Shown here piece after piece: positions 1 through 12,982 of a stretch of 64,000 nucleotides of DNA (the first letter of the stretch is position 1; the number at the start of each line of letters is the position of its first letter). The notes under the pieces are model-generated. The model worked only from the letters and a program-made list of their open reading frames with translations. It was not told the origin of the DNA and searched no databases. Position numbers and translations under genes: made by a program. The stretch lies in NCBI RefSeq assembly GCF_009914755.1, contig NC_060932.1, one strand, 5' to 3'. This stretch comes from the human T2T-CHM13v2.0 reference genome, Homo sapiens.

Positions 1-1410
1 TGGTGATAATGCTTACAGGACTAGAACTATGCTGCACCTGCTATGCTTGCTCTAGCAAAATGGAAGCCTCATACCCTGCATCCCTACGCCATTAAGCTAG
101 TGACCAAACACCGACAGGAGCCAATGCTGCCTCAGGAAAGTGGAAATCCTCCAAGAAGGATGTTGCTGGGAGAAAGAGCAGAAACCCAGACCCTTCTCCT
201 TCCTGCCTTCCAAATCACCTTTGTGTATAACTGATCGGGATACCACAGTCACCTATCTGGGACATCCAGTGTTTGGACTACAGAAGGCACACTAGTGGGA
301 AGAGGCAGAAATGGCTATTGATAGTCCATCAACTGTGTATTATATTCTGTGATATTAATAATAATAAGAAGAATATTGCAATTATTAAGAAAGTTTGAGG
401 CGAAATGGAACAAGTAGGATATTTCTTCTAAAAATGTGACCTCAAGGAGAAAGATAAAGTTGTCCTTAAAAGAAAGGCATAGAGAAAATTTTATAGTTAA
501 AAAATATAATATGAGAATAATCTGAACAGGGTGAGGAGAAGAGGTGGAGGAGGGGACAAGAGATGGTACCTTGCCAACAAACATGCTTAGCAATTTTGGT
601 TACTGCAGCATAAATGGCTGTAAGCTTTGTGTATGCACTCACCCTCAAAGGCAGTATCTACTTTGCTACATGGGCTTTGTGATGCCTTTCATACTCTAAT
701 CATTCATTACCTTTTGAACGAGTGTGATGCCTTCAATTTGAAAAAGCTATACCACTGGTCCCTAGAGTTACTTCCTTAAAGAAATGGTTTGTTTTGTTTT
801 TTCCTTAAGAGGAGGAAATCCTATTGGCATCTGAGATTTGTAAATATAAACACATAAAAGATATTTAGCTAGTACTTTTCTTATATTTTATTAAAGAAAA
901 TATCAAGCCTGCATATATGGATTTTGTTCTAGTATATTACAGATTTTTGTCCTAGAAAACCATATACTTCCATATCAATGGGTATCAATCAATATTCATA
1001 TGATTCTAGAAAAATTCCTTAAGGGTTCTTATCATGGATCAATTTAAAAGTCATTGCATGCCTAAGCTTTAATATTCTCTAAAGAGAAAAATAAATTGTT
1101 TTACTTTCCAGTGATCTCTATAGGAAATTATTTATATTAGTTTACAGAAAAAAATATGTAAAACTGTAACCATCTTCCAACATGTTCTCCAGTATAATTT
1201 TGTTTGCTTTTCCTCTTTTTCCTTTAAAAATCATTACTTTACCTTTGAGTACAGTATTTTGAATAATCACATTCCATTTTGAAAAAAAAAACCCATAGTG
1301 ATCAAATGCCAAAGATCCTGTGATTGAAAAAAAATCAAAATAAGAGTAGCCATTAAAAATTTACCTGCAATTCATAAAGTTCACAATCTGTCATTTTATC
1401 AAAGGCTTTC

Positions 1411-2474
1411 TGTTGTGGGAAGTCAGGGACCCTGAATGGAGAGACTGGCTGAAGCCACAGCAGAAGAACATAAATTGTGAAGATTTAATGGACATTTATC
1501 AGTTTCCAAAATTAATACTTTTATAATTTCTTAAGTCTGTCTTTACTGCAATCTCTGAACATAAATTCTGAAGATTTCATGGACACTTATCACTTCCCCA
1601 ATCAATACTCTTATAATTTCTTATGCCTGTCTTTACTTTAATCTCTTAATCCAGTCATCTTTGTAAACTGAGGATGTATGTCACCTCAAGACCCTGTGAT
1701 GATTGCATTAACTGTACAAATTGTTTGTAAAACTTGTGTTTGAACCATATGAAATCAGTGCACCCTGAAAAAGGACAGAATATCAGCGATTTTCAGGGAA
1801 TAGGGAGATAAGCCTGAGGGGTCGGGCAGAATAGAGCCATATTTTTCTTCTTACAGAAAGCCTAGAGATAGATGTGGGAGTAGGAGAAATATCACTGAAT
1901 TCTTTTCCTATCAAGGAATATTAATAATTGATAGCCCTGGGGAAAGGATGCATTCTTGGGGGAAGGTCTATGAACGGCCGCTCTGGGAGTGTCTGTCTTA
2001 CAAGGTTGAGATAAGGACTGAAATACACCCTGGTCTCCTGCAGTGCCCTCAGGCTTGTTAGGATTGGGAAATTCCAGCCTGGTGAATTGTAGTCAGAATG
2101 GTTGTCTGCTCTCGAACCCTGTATCCTGTTAAGATGTTTATCAAGACAATGTGTGCACAGTGGGACATGGATCCTTATCTGTAATTCTAATTTTGCCCTT
2201 GCCTTGTGATCTTTTATTACACTTTGAAGCACATGATCCTTGTGACCTACTCCCTGTTTGTACATCCCCTCCCTTTCTAAAATCCCTTATAAAAACTTCG
2301 TGGTTTTGCAGCTTGGAGTCGCCATCATGGTCCTACCAATATGTGATGGCACCCCCGGAGGCCCAGCTGTAAAATTTCTCTTTGTACTCTTTCTCTTTAT
2401 TTCTCAGACTGGCTGACACTTAGGGAAAATAGAAAGAACCTATGTTGAAATACTGGGGGCTGGTTCCCCTGCTA
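1411..2474 (+). mobile_element. MER11 (MER11B/C-like) solo LTR, HERV-K11/HML-8
   Basis: Starts TGTTGTGGGAAGTCAGGGACCC and ends GGGGGCTGGTTCCCCTGCTA, as in the MER11 consensus. It has the family's internal ~91-bp repeat and a perfect 6-bp TSD GCTTTC at 1405-1410 and 2475-2480. Confidence 0.92.
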
Positions 2475-2938
2475 GCTTTCCTTCTGGTTAGCAGAGAAAT
2501 TAGAAACTTTTGACATTCTGAGAGGGATAGAGTGATGTCAAAGGGACTATGAGGAAATTGAGCTATGGGAGAATTTCATCTAAGTTAAGAGGAATCCCAG
2601 AGGCCCCCTCCTTTGAATAAGCCATATTCTATGCTTCAGAGAGAAAATGAGACAGGAAACTCTAGCAGCCTGGAGGAGATGAAATTCACCAAGGACCAGA
2701 GCCCAAAATGAGGAAAAGAAACCCATTTGTCTTAGACTATCTGCCATTGCCTGGGCCAGAAAAACCTTTTTAAATCTGCCTTCTGAATACTGCCTTAGAA
2801 CAAACAGTCTCACTTTCTTCACCAAAATCACACAACTTCTTATCTGTTTGTCTTCCAACTTTTGTACTCCCCACGCTTACTGGAATATAGGGGCATAGCA
2901 TGAATATTTGTTTAATGAACAGAAACAGTGTCTGAATT

Positions 2939-3001
2939 GACATTCATTTCCCTAGTCCATTCTCACACTAGGGAGACATTCATTTCCCTAGTCCATTCTC
3001 A
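2939..3001. repeat. 27-bp perfect direct duplication with 9-bp spacer
   Basis: GACATTCATTTCCCTAGTCCATTCTCA at 2939-2965 and 2975-3001; spacer CACTAGGGA. Confidence 0.95.
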
Positions 3002-3256
3002 GCCATAATACTATTAAGAGAGCTTCCAAAACTGTTGATCTTACAATGCCACTCTCATTTCTAGTCTCAATAAATCTGGTACTGAAACTGGATCCCATAA
3101 CCCCATGGAACTGTGCAGACTCAATTAAGATTATGGCACCTGGCAGATCCTTTAATAGGGCAAAATAGCCCATGGAAAACCTAAAGGAGTGGCTTTTCTC
3201 CCAATGCCTGTAGGCTCCAGAAGACATTGGTGCTTCAGTAGAAAATAAAAGGCAAT

Positions 3257-3614
<358 letters not shown>

Positions 3615-4060
3615 TCACAATCAGGTTTCAAAAGAATTGTGGGTTATAATGGTCACATGGAATTGATGGGATTTAAATACTTTAAGTTAAAAAAAATTGG
3701 ACTATTTAGATACTGAGAGAGTTGTGCTACCCAGAGAAACACCACTCCAGACTAAAAAAGAACAAGAGAGTTTAAAATTAAAACTACTCTATATCATTAA
3801 CCTTCTTGAAGCTGAAGAAGTCTCTGTGGTCTTTCTCTTTGCTCCAGTATCTTTGCGCCTCCTCCTGTCCATGCTTGATTCTAATGGTTGGGTCAAAAAG
3901 AATATAAATAGAGGGAACTTTCAATGTAAAAGCATCAAAGACAATCTTCAATCTCAACAAGGGCTATTTGCCATATGGTGGCCCATAGCTACGCATCATC
4001 AATGATCTGGATATATGACTCACAGGCTACTTCTGTGTTACTTAAAATGAAGAGTACTGG

Positions 4061-4076
4061 AGCTCCATCTAGAGGC
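4061..4076 (-). promoter_or_regulatory. Candidate CTCF binding motif
   Basis: The minus strand reads GCCTCTAGATGGAGCT, close to the CTCF core GCCWCYAGRKGGCGC, in sequence I could not assign to a repeat. Motif match only. Confidence 0.45.
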
Positions 4077-5429
4077 GGGAGTGAACATCTTAAATACAAG
4101 CAATTGTGCAGGAATAAGGAATTATCATCAACTAATGATGGCAAGCTAGAATTTGATTCTAGGTCTGCTTTTCAGAACACAATTGCTTCTGTCAACAATT
4201 TGCAGAATTTAATAAAATCAATGTAAAGCAAAAATCTTAGAACATTGTCTGGCATATGCAAAGCATTCAACAAACATTAGGTGGTTTGTTACCACTGAAA
4301 TTATCCACTTAAAACTTGTAACCAAAATTTGGCTTCTGGTAGGTATTGTATTGCTGCCTTGATAGCCAAATATTTTAAAAAGCCAACCCAAACCATGGCA
4401 AGATAATAAAATCTGAATTTTAAAAGTTCTGTCACCAAAAGCAGCATCAACCTCATCAAGGTCAAGTGTTCAAAGAGATTGCTGTTTGGAAGCAGATTGT
4501 GTGGTTTCTTAAGAGTCATGTAAGCAAGTACTAATCAATATGTAATCACCTTGAATTTGTATTGTAAACACTTATAACTATCAATTTTAAAGAGTTTCCT
4601 TGTAAAGCTTTTAAATTATATTCACATAATTTCTTCATTGCAGTGAATTTTAATGAAAGTGGAAAAACATCCTTGGAATTCTTGGAATTGAACTACATGC
4701 TGATTCTGTTACTATTTTAGGTTATGTTTGAAATGGGCATATTTTTGTAGCTAATCATAACAGGAGGATTTCAATGACCTTAAATGCTTATTTTTATATA
4801 AGGATTTCTTTTTTTAGGCTAGTGTAAGTCAGAAATAAAAATCATGATACACCAGGGATGAGCTTCATTTCATTTGAAGGTCATACCCTGCATTTTTTGA
4901 GATCCTTTTTAGAGTTCAAAATGTCTATCAAAACTAATTTGCTGAACATTGGTGGTGTGTGTTGGGGGAAGCTAGTGGATGGATAATGAATGAAAATTAG
5001 CAGTACAAAATCTATTTCTAATCATTTTTTCCTCCAACTTTTCTCATAATCTATTTCAATTAATGATACTCAATTCATAAATCAAAAATATGGTAAACCT
5101 GCTACCCAATTCATAAATCTGAAATATGCTAAATCTTTCTTTTTCCACCCCATCCCAATGGTCCTTTCCTTTCCTGGAATTTGTATTAAATTTACATCTT
5201 TTGTATCACTTTGGTCAATGTCTCAATCCAGATGTTCTCTGCGTCTCCCTGGCAATTGCTTAATGGATTCCTAACTTGTGACTTCATTTTGGTCCCTAGC
5301 TTCTCTCTATATTGCCTCTGTATTCATTATCCTGAAACAAGAATCTCATTCTGCCACTATGAGGGTGTGATGGAGAGCTGGTAAAATATAGCAGGAGCTA
5401 TGGCTTCATAGCTATGGCCTCATATGCTT

Positions 5430-5600
5430 CATAACAAAGCATAGGCTTAAAAGTTAGAGAGACATATGCTAGAATCTTGGGTTTTCTAATTTATAGCTAC
5501 ATCAACTTGGGAAAGCAACTTAGGCTTCTAATAAGTCAGCTGTTTCAACATGTATGAAATGGGAGTGACTCTGCATTTTCATTGTCAATAATTAAGTGAG
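5430..5600 (+). mobile_element. MIR SINE relic
   Basis: Degenerate MIR core: ...ACTTGGGAAAGCAACTTAGGCTTCT...GTCAGCTGTTTCAACATGTATGAAATGGGA. Confidence 0.5.
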
Positions 5601-6154
5601 GCAAGACCCTACAAAAAAATGACTATGTAATAGTTATTATCTTCAGCAAAGAATGCTGTGATTTCATATTCTCTGGACCTTCTTAACAAACATGACTCTA
5701 CAAAGATGCCTGGTGAAGAATAGGCATTCAGTAAATGTTGAACAAATGAATGAATTATATTTAACTTAGACTGAATTATTTTGTTTTGTTTTATCCTAGA
5801 ATTTTATTTTCTCTTTTCTGCCTTATAAAATACTTCTTATAGCTTAAATCCTTATACTATTGAAAAGCATATGACCCCATTGACAGGTAAGAACTCTCTC
5901 TTCTTTGTGTCCGTATTACTTTTAACTGTTCAAATCTCATCATTAAGTTATCTTACATTCATCTATATATCTTTCTATTTTGATATCACACTATGAATTC
6001 GCTAAGGAAGTGAATCATGTCTTAACTTTCTGTTTCTACCATTGAACATAGTTGCTGGCCTATGGGAAGTACCAATAAATACTTGCCAAGTAACTTGTCT
6101 AAGAAAAGCAAAGAATGAATTGTATAAGCTGAGATAAAGGAAGATAGTTTGTGT

Positions 6155-6560
6155 GTGTTCCTTAGACATGTTTTCCCAAGAAAGAGACACAATTTGAGAG
6201 CAAGTAGTTTGGGGAGCCAGAAAGGCTCAGAATGAGGGTAGAGAATGCGAATGGAGAGAGGGAAGGGAATGAAGCCAGTGTAAAGTGGGCTAATGAGTAC
6301 ATTACCACTGTGGACAATGGGTTTCCCTCCCACTGGGGATCTCTAAGATACAGTGTAGAACATTCTCTGGAGTTGCTCCCCTCTGGGAGCTCCTCTCTCC
6401 CAGAGGGGAGAAGAAGCTGAAGAACTTTTCCACAATCTCTCCTTCATATTGTAAGTTCCTTAGAGAAAGTCCTCAGGCAAAGTTGCACAGCCCATAGCTT
6501 GTACAGAAGGATGAGTGCCTGGGGATGGAACAGGTCAGCTGCCATGGTGCAAACTTTCAG
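6155..6560 (-). mobile_element. Old ERVL-class LTR (LTR16/LTR33-like)
   Basis: TTTGAGAGCAAGTAGTTT...GGGAAGGGAATGAAGCCAGT...TTACCACTGTGGACAA...CAGTGTAGAACA resembles the reverse complement of the LTR16/LTR33 3' half. Boundaries are approximate. Confidence 0.5.
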
Positions 6561-7279
6561 TTAGAAAACACAAACATGTGGGTGGCATGGGCCAGGGAAC
6601 AAGAAGCACTGGAGGCGGTTGTCAAATAGATTATGTTTTTGTTGCCTCTCAATTCTGCTTTATTTACTCTTGACACTGAGGTCCCTCATGGCACCCACTG
6701 CAACTCAATTGGAACATAGAGTTTATGCCTGTAATCCATGAGTATTGTCCAGTCATTCTGTGTCTTCATCACCCTTTATCACCGCCCCCTTTTTTTTTCT
6801 TAGAACCTTGTTTTCAGCTAGTTATGTATAGATAAATTTGATGTTTAGGCAATTCACAATTCACAATGAGTTATTTAAAAAAAAATAAGAATTTCCCTTG
6901 GACTGCAGAAAAGTTTGACTTTTGACACAAAATGTAAATAATATACATGTCATGTAATAACACACAGCACCATGCAAATCACTAAACCTCTCTGAATTTC
7001 AGCAATGTCATCTACAAAGTAAAAATAATTTTGTATAGTGGTTGGGAATACTAAATATGAGGAGATGTACGTTATTCAGAGGAAAGAGTCTGGGAATGGC
7101 CACATTTTACTTGAATATAGACTCTTGCATGACGAAATGTTCCCAAAGCCATTGATCTGATAAGAACCTCATGTGGGGACATATATTGCACATTTGGTCA
7201 TGAATTCATGGGAAGAATCATGGTGCTGCCAAAAAAGGAATCTGGATATACACAAATGAGTCCATGTAAAACTGCTGAA

Positions 7280-7442
7280 ATGTTACTAAGATTGATGGAT
7301 TGTATCAATGTCCATTTATTGGTTGTGATGTTGTACTATAGTTTTAAAAGATGCTACCATTGGGGAAAATAGAGTGAAGGGGTCATTGAATATCTTTGTA
7401 TTACTTCTTACAATTGCATGTGAATCTAAAATCACCTAAAAG
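7280..7442 (+). mobile_element. Old L1 (L1MC-like) 3' end fragment
   Basis: TTGTATCAATGTC...GGTTGTGATGTTGTACTATAGTTTT...GATGCTACCATTGGGGAAA...TTACTTCTTACAATTGCATGTGAATCT is typical of an L1MC 3' UTR. Confidence 0.7.
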
Positions 7443-8130
7443 GATTATGTTGTACAAAAAGAATATTGGAAATGCAATACCTGCTATGCTTATTTTTGAT
7501 CAATCTATAAATAGAAGGCTGGAGACAGGAACTATGAATAATAGTGGGTGAGCCATCACCAGGTGTGTGATGGTTCCATTAATGAAATTATAGAGGACAA
7601 AAGAAGGTGGATCATCTGTGAATGATTTCTAAGTTTGTCAACACTTGCAGAGAAAACCTCAAGAGGCCATTTGCGTTTTGACAGAGAGATGAGCCTTTGT
7701 GAATTTAAAACAACCAGGATGTGAAGCCTGTGTCCTTATCCCAAGAGGTGCCAAAAGCTATAATTTGGTGAGAAGAATTCAACGAGTCACTCTGTGGCCT
7801 GTGTTCAATTCCCTCAATTGCTGGCTTTGTTTTTATGTAATTGTTGCTTTTTTGTGGATTCTCAGTAGCCACGTGCCATTTATTCTTTCATATGTTATTT
7901 GCTAAAAAACAAAAAGAAGATTCTGAGCATATGCTATGTTCCTTGTGTGCAAGTTGTGTGGGTGCCAAAGGTCAATACAACTGGATTCGTGTCTTAAAGA
8001 GCTCCAAAAGGAGAAGAGAGAAGTAAATCACCCAGTACTACACAGTATGCCATTAGAACACTTCTGTTACCTTATTTTTGTATTTATGAATACTGTTTTT
8101 TAATGAGTTTTTTAAAAATTTCAAACAATA

Positions 8131-8466
<336 letters not shown>

Positions 8467-10869
8467 CTAGGACTGAAAACAGCAACCCGTCACTGTTTCC
8501 CTACTTCACTCCCAAGTGTTGTTTCTCAGAGGAACCACTGTCAGTCTTTAGGTTGTTGAGTCTTGTATTCCTCACTACATTTTTAATAAATAAGCTTATA
8601 TTATTGTTTCTTCATTTTTGTATTTTATTGAGTATTAATATATATAATTATGCTACTCAGCATATGCATGAAATGTACTATGCTTAAATGTCCCTTTCGT
8701 TTTTGTGTTTCCTAGAGTTAATAATTGCCTCATATTTCACCTGGGATTTTCCTTCAACTTGATTGTAAGAATTCCCTTTGTTTCTGTTCATCTTGGAGCC
8801 CCTGCTGGATCCCACCCTTTCCTCTATCTTGTTTTAATCTCTCATTTTGGTGGAAAAAAGTCTTCAGAAGCTTTCTAACAACAGACAAAAATGCAATGGA
8901 TTTTGCAAAGTCTACTTTTAGCCTTCATAATAATTGACAATTTGACTGGATAAGGAACTGTAGTTTCTTTATAGTTGAATTATGCAGAAACATCCATTTC
9001 TCATCTTCTGTGTTTTTGTTTTCCATTCTCTTTGTCTTTAAAGGTGGATGATACTTATTTCCCTTAATATGATTTTGGTTATAATATTTAGTGTTGTGTA
9101 TTTTCGGAGAGAGGGGAAATTAGCATATTTATTCAATCTGCAATGACTAGCTAGCCAAATTGCTTTTCTTTTGTCTTTTTCCTTCCTCCCTTGTCCTTCC
9201 TGCCCTTCATATCCCTGGACTTCTTTTGATTTGGGGAGGCTCTGTACTCAGTGACAGGACTAGGGAGATTAAAGTGAAGTGCACGGGGAAAGAAGCATGA
9301 TATAGGAATCCCTAAACATCTTCTTTTCTCTCTCTTGTCTTTGAACAGTGTAATGGGACAATCCATAAAGCCAATGTCAGAGTGCAGATAGGGAAAAGGG
9401 ATTAAGAGAACTATTTATTATGCCCTATAAAGTTTATATACAGAAGCAATCTTTGTAACTTACATATGACCTGAAAACATCACACTGATGGCTTTTATTA
9501 TAGGTGGATTTTGAAGTGTAATGAATGTAATATAATATTTATTCCCCTTACCATATAGTTCGTTGAGATTTGAAGAATGCATAGCATTGTATAACTTCTA
9601 CCACAGTTAAGATGGAAATCATTCCATCACATGCCAGATTTTTCTTATTACCCTCTATAGCCAACCCATCTTCCTAACCACATCCTCAGCCCTAGCCCTG
9701 AAATTTATAACCAGTTTTCTTTTGTATGGAGTGTTTCTTCTCATCTCATACATGTCGTTTTATTCCATACTCAAACATAACAAGATTAAGAGATTTAAGA
9801 AGGTTGACATAATTTTATCTTTATTACCAATAAGGCAATGTGTATTAAGGCATTTGAAATTAATGTAAAATTTACTCAATGGAGTAAATCTTAAACAATT
9901 TTTAATTTAAAAATAATTAAAAAATAATCTAATTTTTTAAACAAATTGTAAACAGTGGAGCGATATACTCTAAACTTCTCCTTTATTTTTGATTTCATTA
10001 TTAATTAATTAAGCCACTTCTGTGTGCTAACAAACATGGGAATACCAAGATATCATCCAGACACTTTGAATTAGGATTTGTCTACAGTATTTTCAAGTTT
10101 GATTTAAAATGTAATGTTTATATGGAATTATTTGTATGGAGACTATAGTCAAGAAGGAATAGGAAAATATGGAATATAATATTTATCAAGTTGACATCAT
10201 TTCAATATATTGAGCCTTTACTCCTATAGGTACTACGTGAGATAAAGACTATGAAACTTACACAATAGTTTAGAGACATAGGCATTCATAGTTTATTTCA
10301 AAATAATATTATAATCAATAAGTTAGCCATATGCCAAGTGATAAGCATATTGTGAAAAACATCTTCTTTTATATTACTGGGTCTATACTTTTATCCAATT
10401 TTATAGTAAAGAAACCAAAACTAAAATAAATTTTAAAAAACTCCCTGACTGTCAGGGATATTAAGTGGCAAGTAAAGTTTTAACTAATTCAAGGCTGATG
10501 CTTCTTTTCAATATAATGTATTTCCTCCCACAAATGGAGGGACTTGTGCTCTTGTCTCACTATATTCTCACTTTAGCTTTTTATGTTAAAACAAATCTTC
10601 TTGCTTCTAAATTCTTATTTTTTCAAGAATATGCTATTTTATTTAACCCTCCTCTCACCTATATCACAGCAGTCTCCCAATTTCTAAATGATGGCTGTCT
10701 CTTCCCTATGTTATCACGTTCAAGTATGTTCTATATAAATTACAGCAATGCTAATATTAATACATATATGCATAAGCATTTAATACATGCATACACACTA
10801 CATTGTCCAGTATTTGACACTATCCCTCTGTTTCCTTCCACAAGAAAATTTTTCCACTGAACTTTTTAC

Positions 10870-11790
10870 GTGTTCTATCTACACTTTCTCGTCTCCATTT
10901 CTCTTTTTAGTCAGTTTCCATTTCTTTTCAAATCAGGACTCCACAAATGTTTTCATGATATAATCATCATGCTTCCAAATCCAATGGTCATTTCTCTGCT
11001 CTTCTTCACTTGATTACTCTCCTCCATGAATCTCTCTCTTTCCATCAGGGATTCTGCAATCCCACACTGTCTTAGTGCCCTCTCTCCTCACTGATTTCTT
11101 CTTCTTGGTCCCTTATTCAGACCTCGCATACTGCCTGATGCTAAATGCTGGCATGCCTTTGGGTTTCGTGCTGGAGCTCACTAACTTCACTGCTTTGTGA
11201 TATTTTTTCCCCAAGTGATTTTATCAAGCCCCGTGGTTTTAGTAACAACCATGAATTAATGCCTCCAAGCCTTTAGCTTAGATTTCTCTTTCCTGAGCTT
11301 CAAATCCATAGAACCAAATCTCTCGAATTTCTAAGCTTTTCCCTCCCCAGACTATTTTTCATAAAACAGTAAGAGAGGTCTTTCAAGAATGTATGCTATA
11401 TAATTTCATCTGAACTAAAGCTCAAGCTCATAACCATGGGTAATGAGGATGAATGATCTTGCCCCTAGCAGTTTATCTTACATTTGCACTTAAAATTCCC
11501 TCTTCAGAGTACTGATTCATTTTACATGGCAGCTCGGAGAGGACTGCATTGACAACCTGAACTAAAATAGCCAATCTCAGTTAATCTCTAAGTACAATTC
11601 TGTTTAACTCTGTCATTAAATTTATAATAATCTCTAATGATTTTATTTCTTCCCTTGCATATTATTAAGTTTGATATTCAACTAAAATATCAGCTCCATA
11701 ATGATAGGATCATCTCTATGTTCACTCCTTTATCCTTAGGATACAGCAATACCTGGTACCTTTTAAAGGTTCAATAAATATTTACACAAG
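10870..11790 (+). mobile_element. L2 LINE 3' fragment
   Basis: Degenerate L2 motifs (CCAAATCCAATGGTCATTTCTC, TCCTGAGCTTCAAATCC) ending in an L2-type tail ...CCTGGTACC...TTCAATAAATATTT. Confidence 0.65.
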
Positions 11791-12938
11791 TTAGTGCATA
11801 TAAAAATCTCAGACCAGTGCCTGACACACTGTGAGTACTATATGAATAAATGCCAAGCATTAATTTAATTTTTATTAATCTTTTTTATTAAATAATTGAA
11901 TCAATACATGATACCTTAGAATTGTATGGTGAGAAATTTTAAACATTTATTCATTTTTCATCTGCTTTTCTCTAAAAATATTAATTTATAGTGGTCTACT
12001 CATTATAATACGTAGGGAATGAAAGTAATAAGAAAAAGAAAGATGTAGTTGAAGTTTTTAAATTAGAGTCTGAGACTTCAGTTTTTCAACTTAAAGTAAG
12101 TGAATAATAAGGCTCAAGTAATCAGGTTGTCATGAAGTACAGATATGACGAATGTTGTGTTTAGGGATCACTGAATCATTCATCTATTCAGAGTCAGTTG
12201 AATTTAGACATACCACAGGTTCTAACCATGGAAAGCCTTGTATGCTATCCATAGATGATCAGGAGAGCAGTTCATCTCTTGTCAGTAGAAAAATCACATG
12301 TTCAACTTTTCTCCAGTGCAAGTATCCTCTTATGGCAATGTGTGTGAGTCAGTTGGGTCGGGGAGGACTTTTTGGTTACCTGAGCAAGGTGACAAAAATT
12401 GTCATACTTTGAATAGGTATTTATGTGCCACAGTTATTCTCATTAGTAATTACTTGGTAAATAAACAGATCATGATAAGAAGAATGGGAAAAGTGTTGAG
12501 GAAAAAGATGTGTTAAAAATGTATTCCTGAAAAAATGTTCTCCACAAATTAATAGTTGTGGAGGGCTGTAAAATTAGTGAATTCATTTAAGATGGTTTAT
12601 CTCAGCCATTTTTTAAAAGTTTATTTGTGAAATGGATTTGATAAGATCTAAAATATGAGCATGTCTAACATTGTTCCAAACAGAAAATTATGCTTAATAG
12701 TTGATTTCCTTTCTTTTCCTTTCCTTTCCTTAAAATTGGCTTACATATAAAGCAAGTATCTGTTCAACAGGATCCCTTCATCACAAGTTGTACAAGCTAA
12801 CAGAATGCACACACTCTTACACACAACGGAGATGATTTGAGAACTAATCCCTTCTGGCTTAGCAATAACAAAATGCTATTGAGTTCTTCCCTTCTGTCCT
12901 TCTATGTAACATCATGCTTATAAGACAGAGAACCACAT

Positions 12939-12939
<1 letters not shown>

Positions 12940-12982
<43 letters not shown>
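12940..12982. repeat. (CA)n(TA)n microsatellite
   Basis: About 18 CA units followed by TA units. Confidence 0.95.

Noticed and set aside
1-345. Possible antisense MLT1-type LTR at the window start
   Set aside because: The resemblance is too weak and the element is cut by the window edge, so it is not listed as a feature.
1466-1638. ~91-bp tandem repeat
   Set aside because: It is intrinsic to the MER11 consensus rather than a locus-specific event.
5397-5424. GCTATGGCTTCATA/GCTATGGCCTCATA 14-bp tandem
   Set aside because: An ordinary short slippage duplication with no further structure.
9870-9889. ATTTACTC-AATG-GAGTAAAT hairpin
   Set aside because: An 8-bp AT-rich stem is expected by chance in 64 kb.
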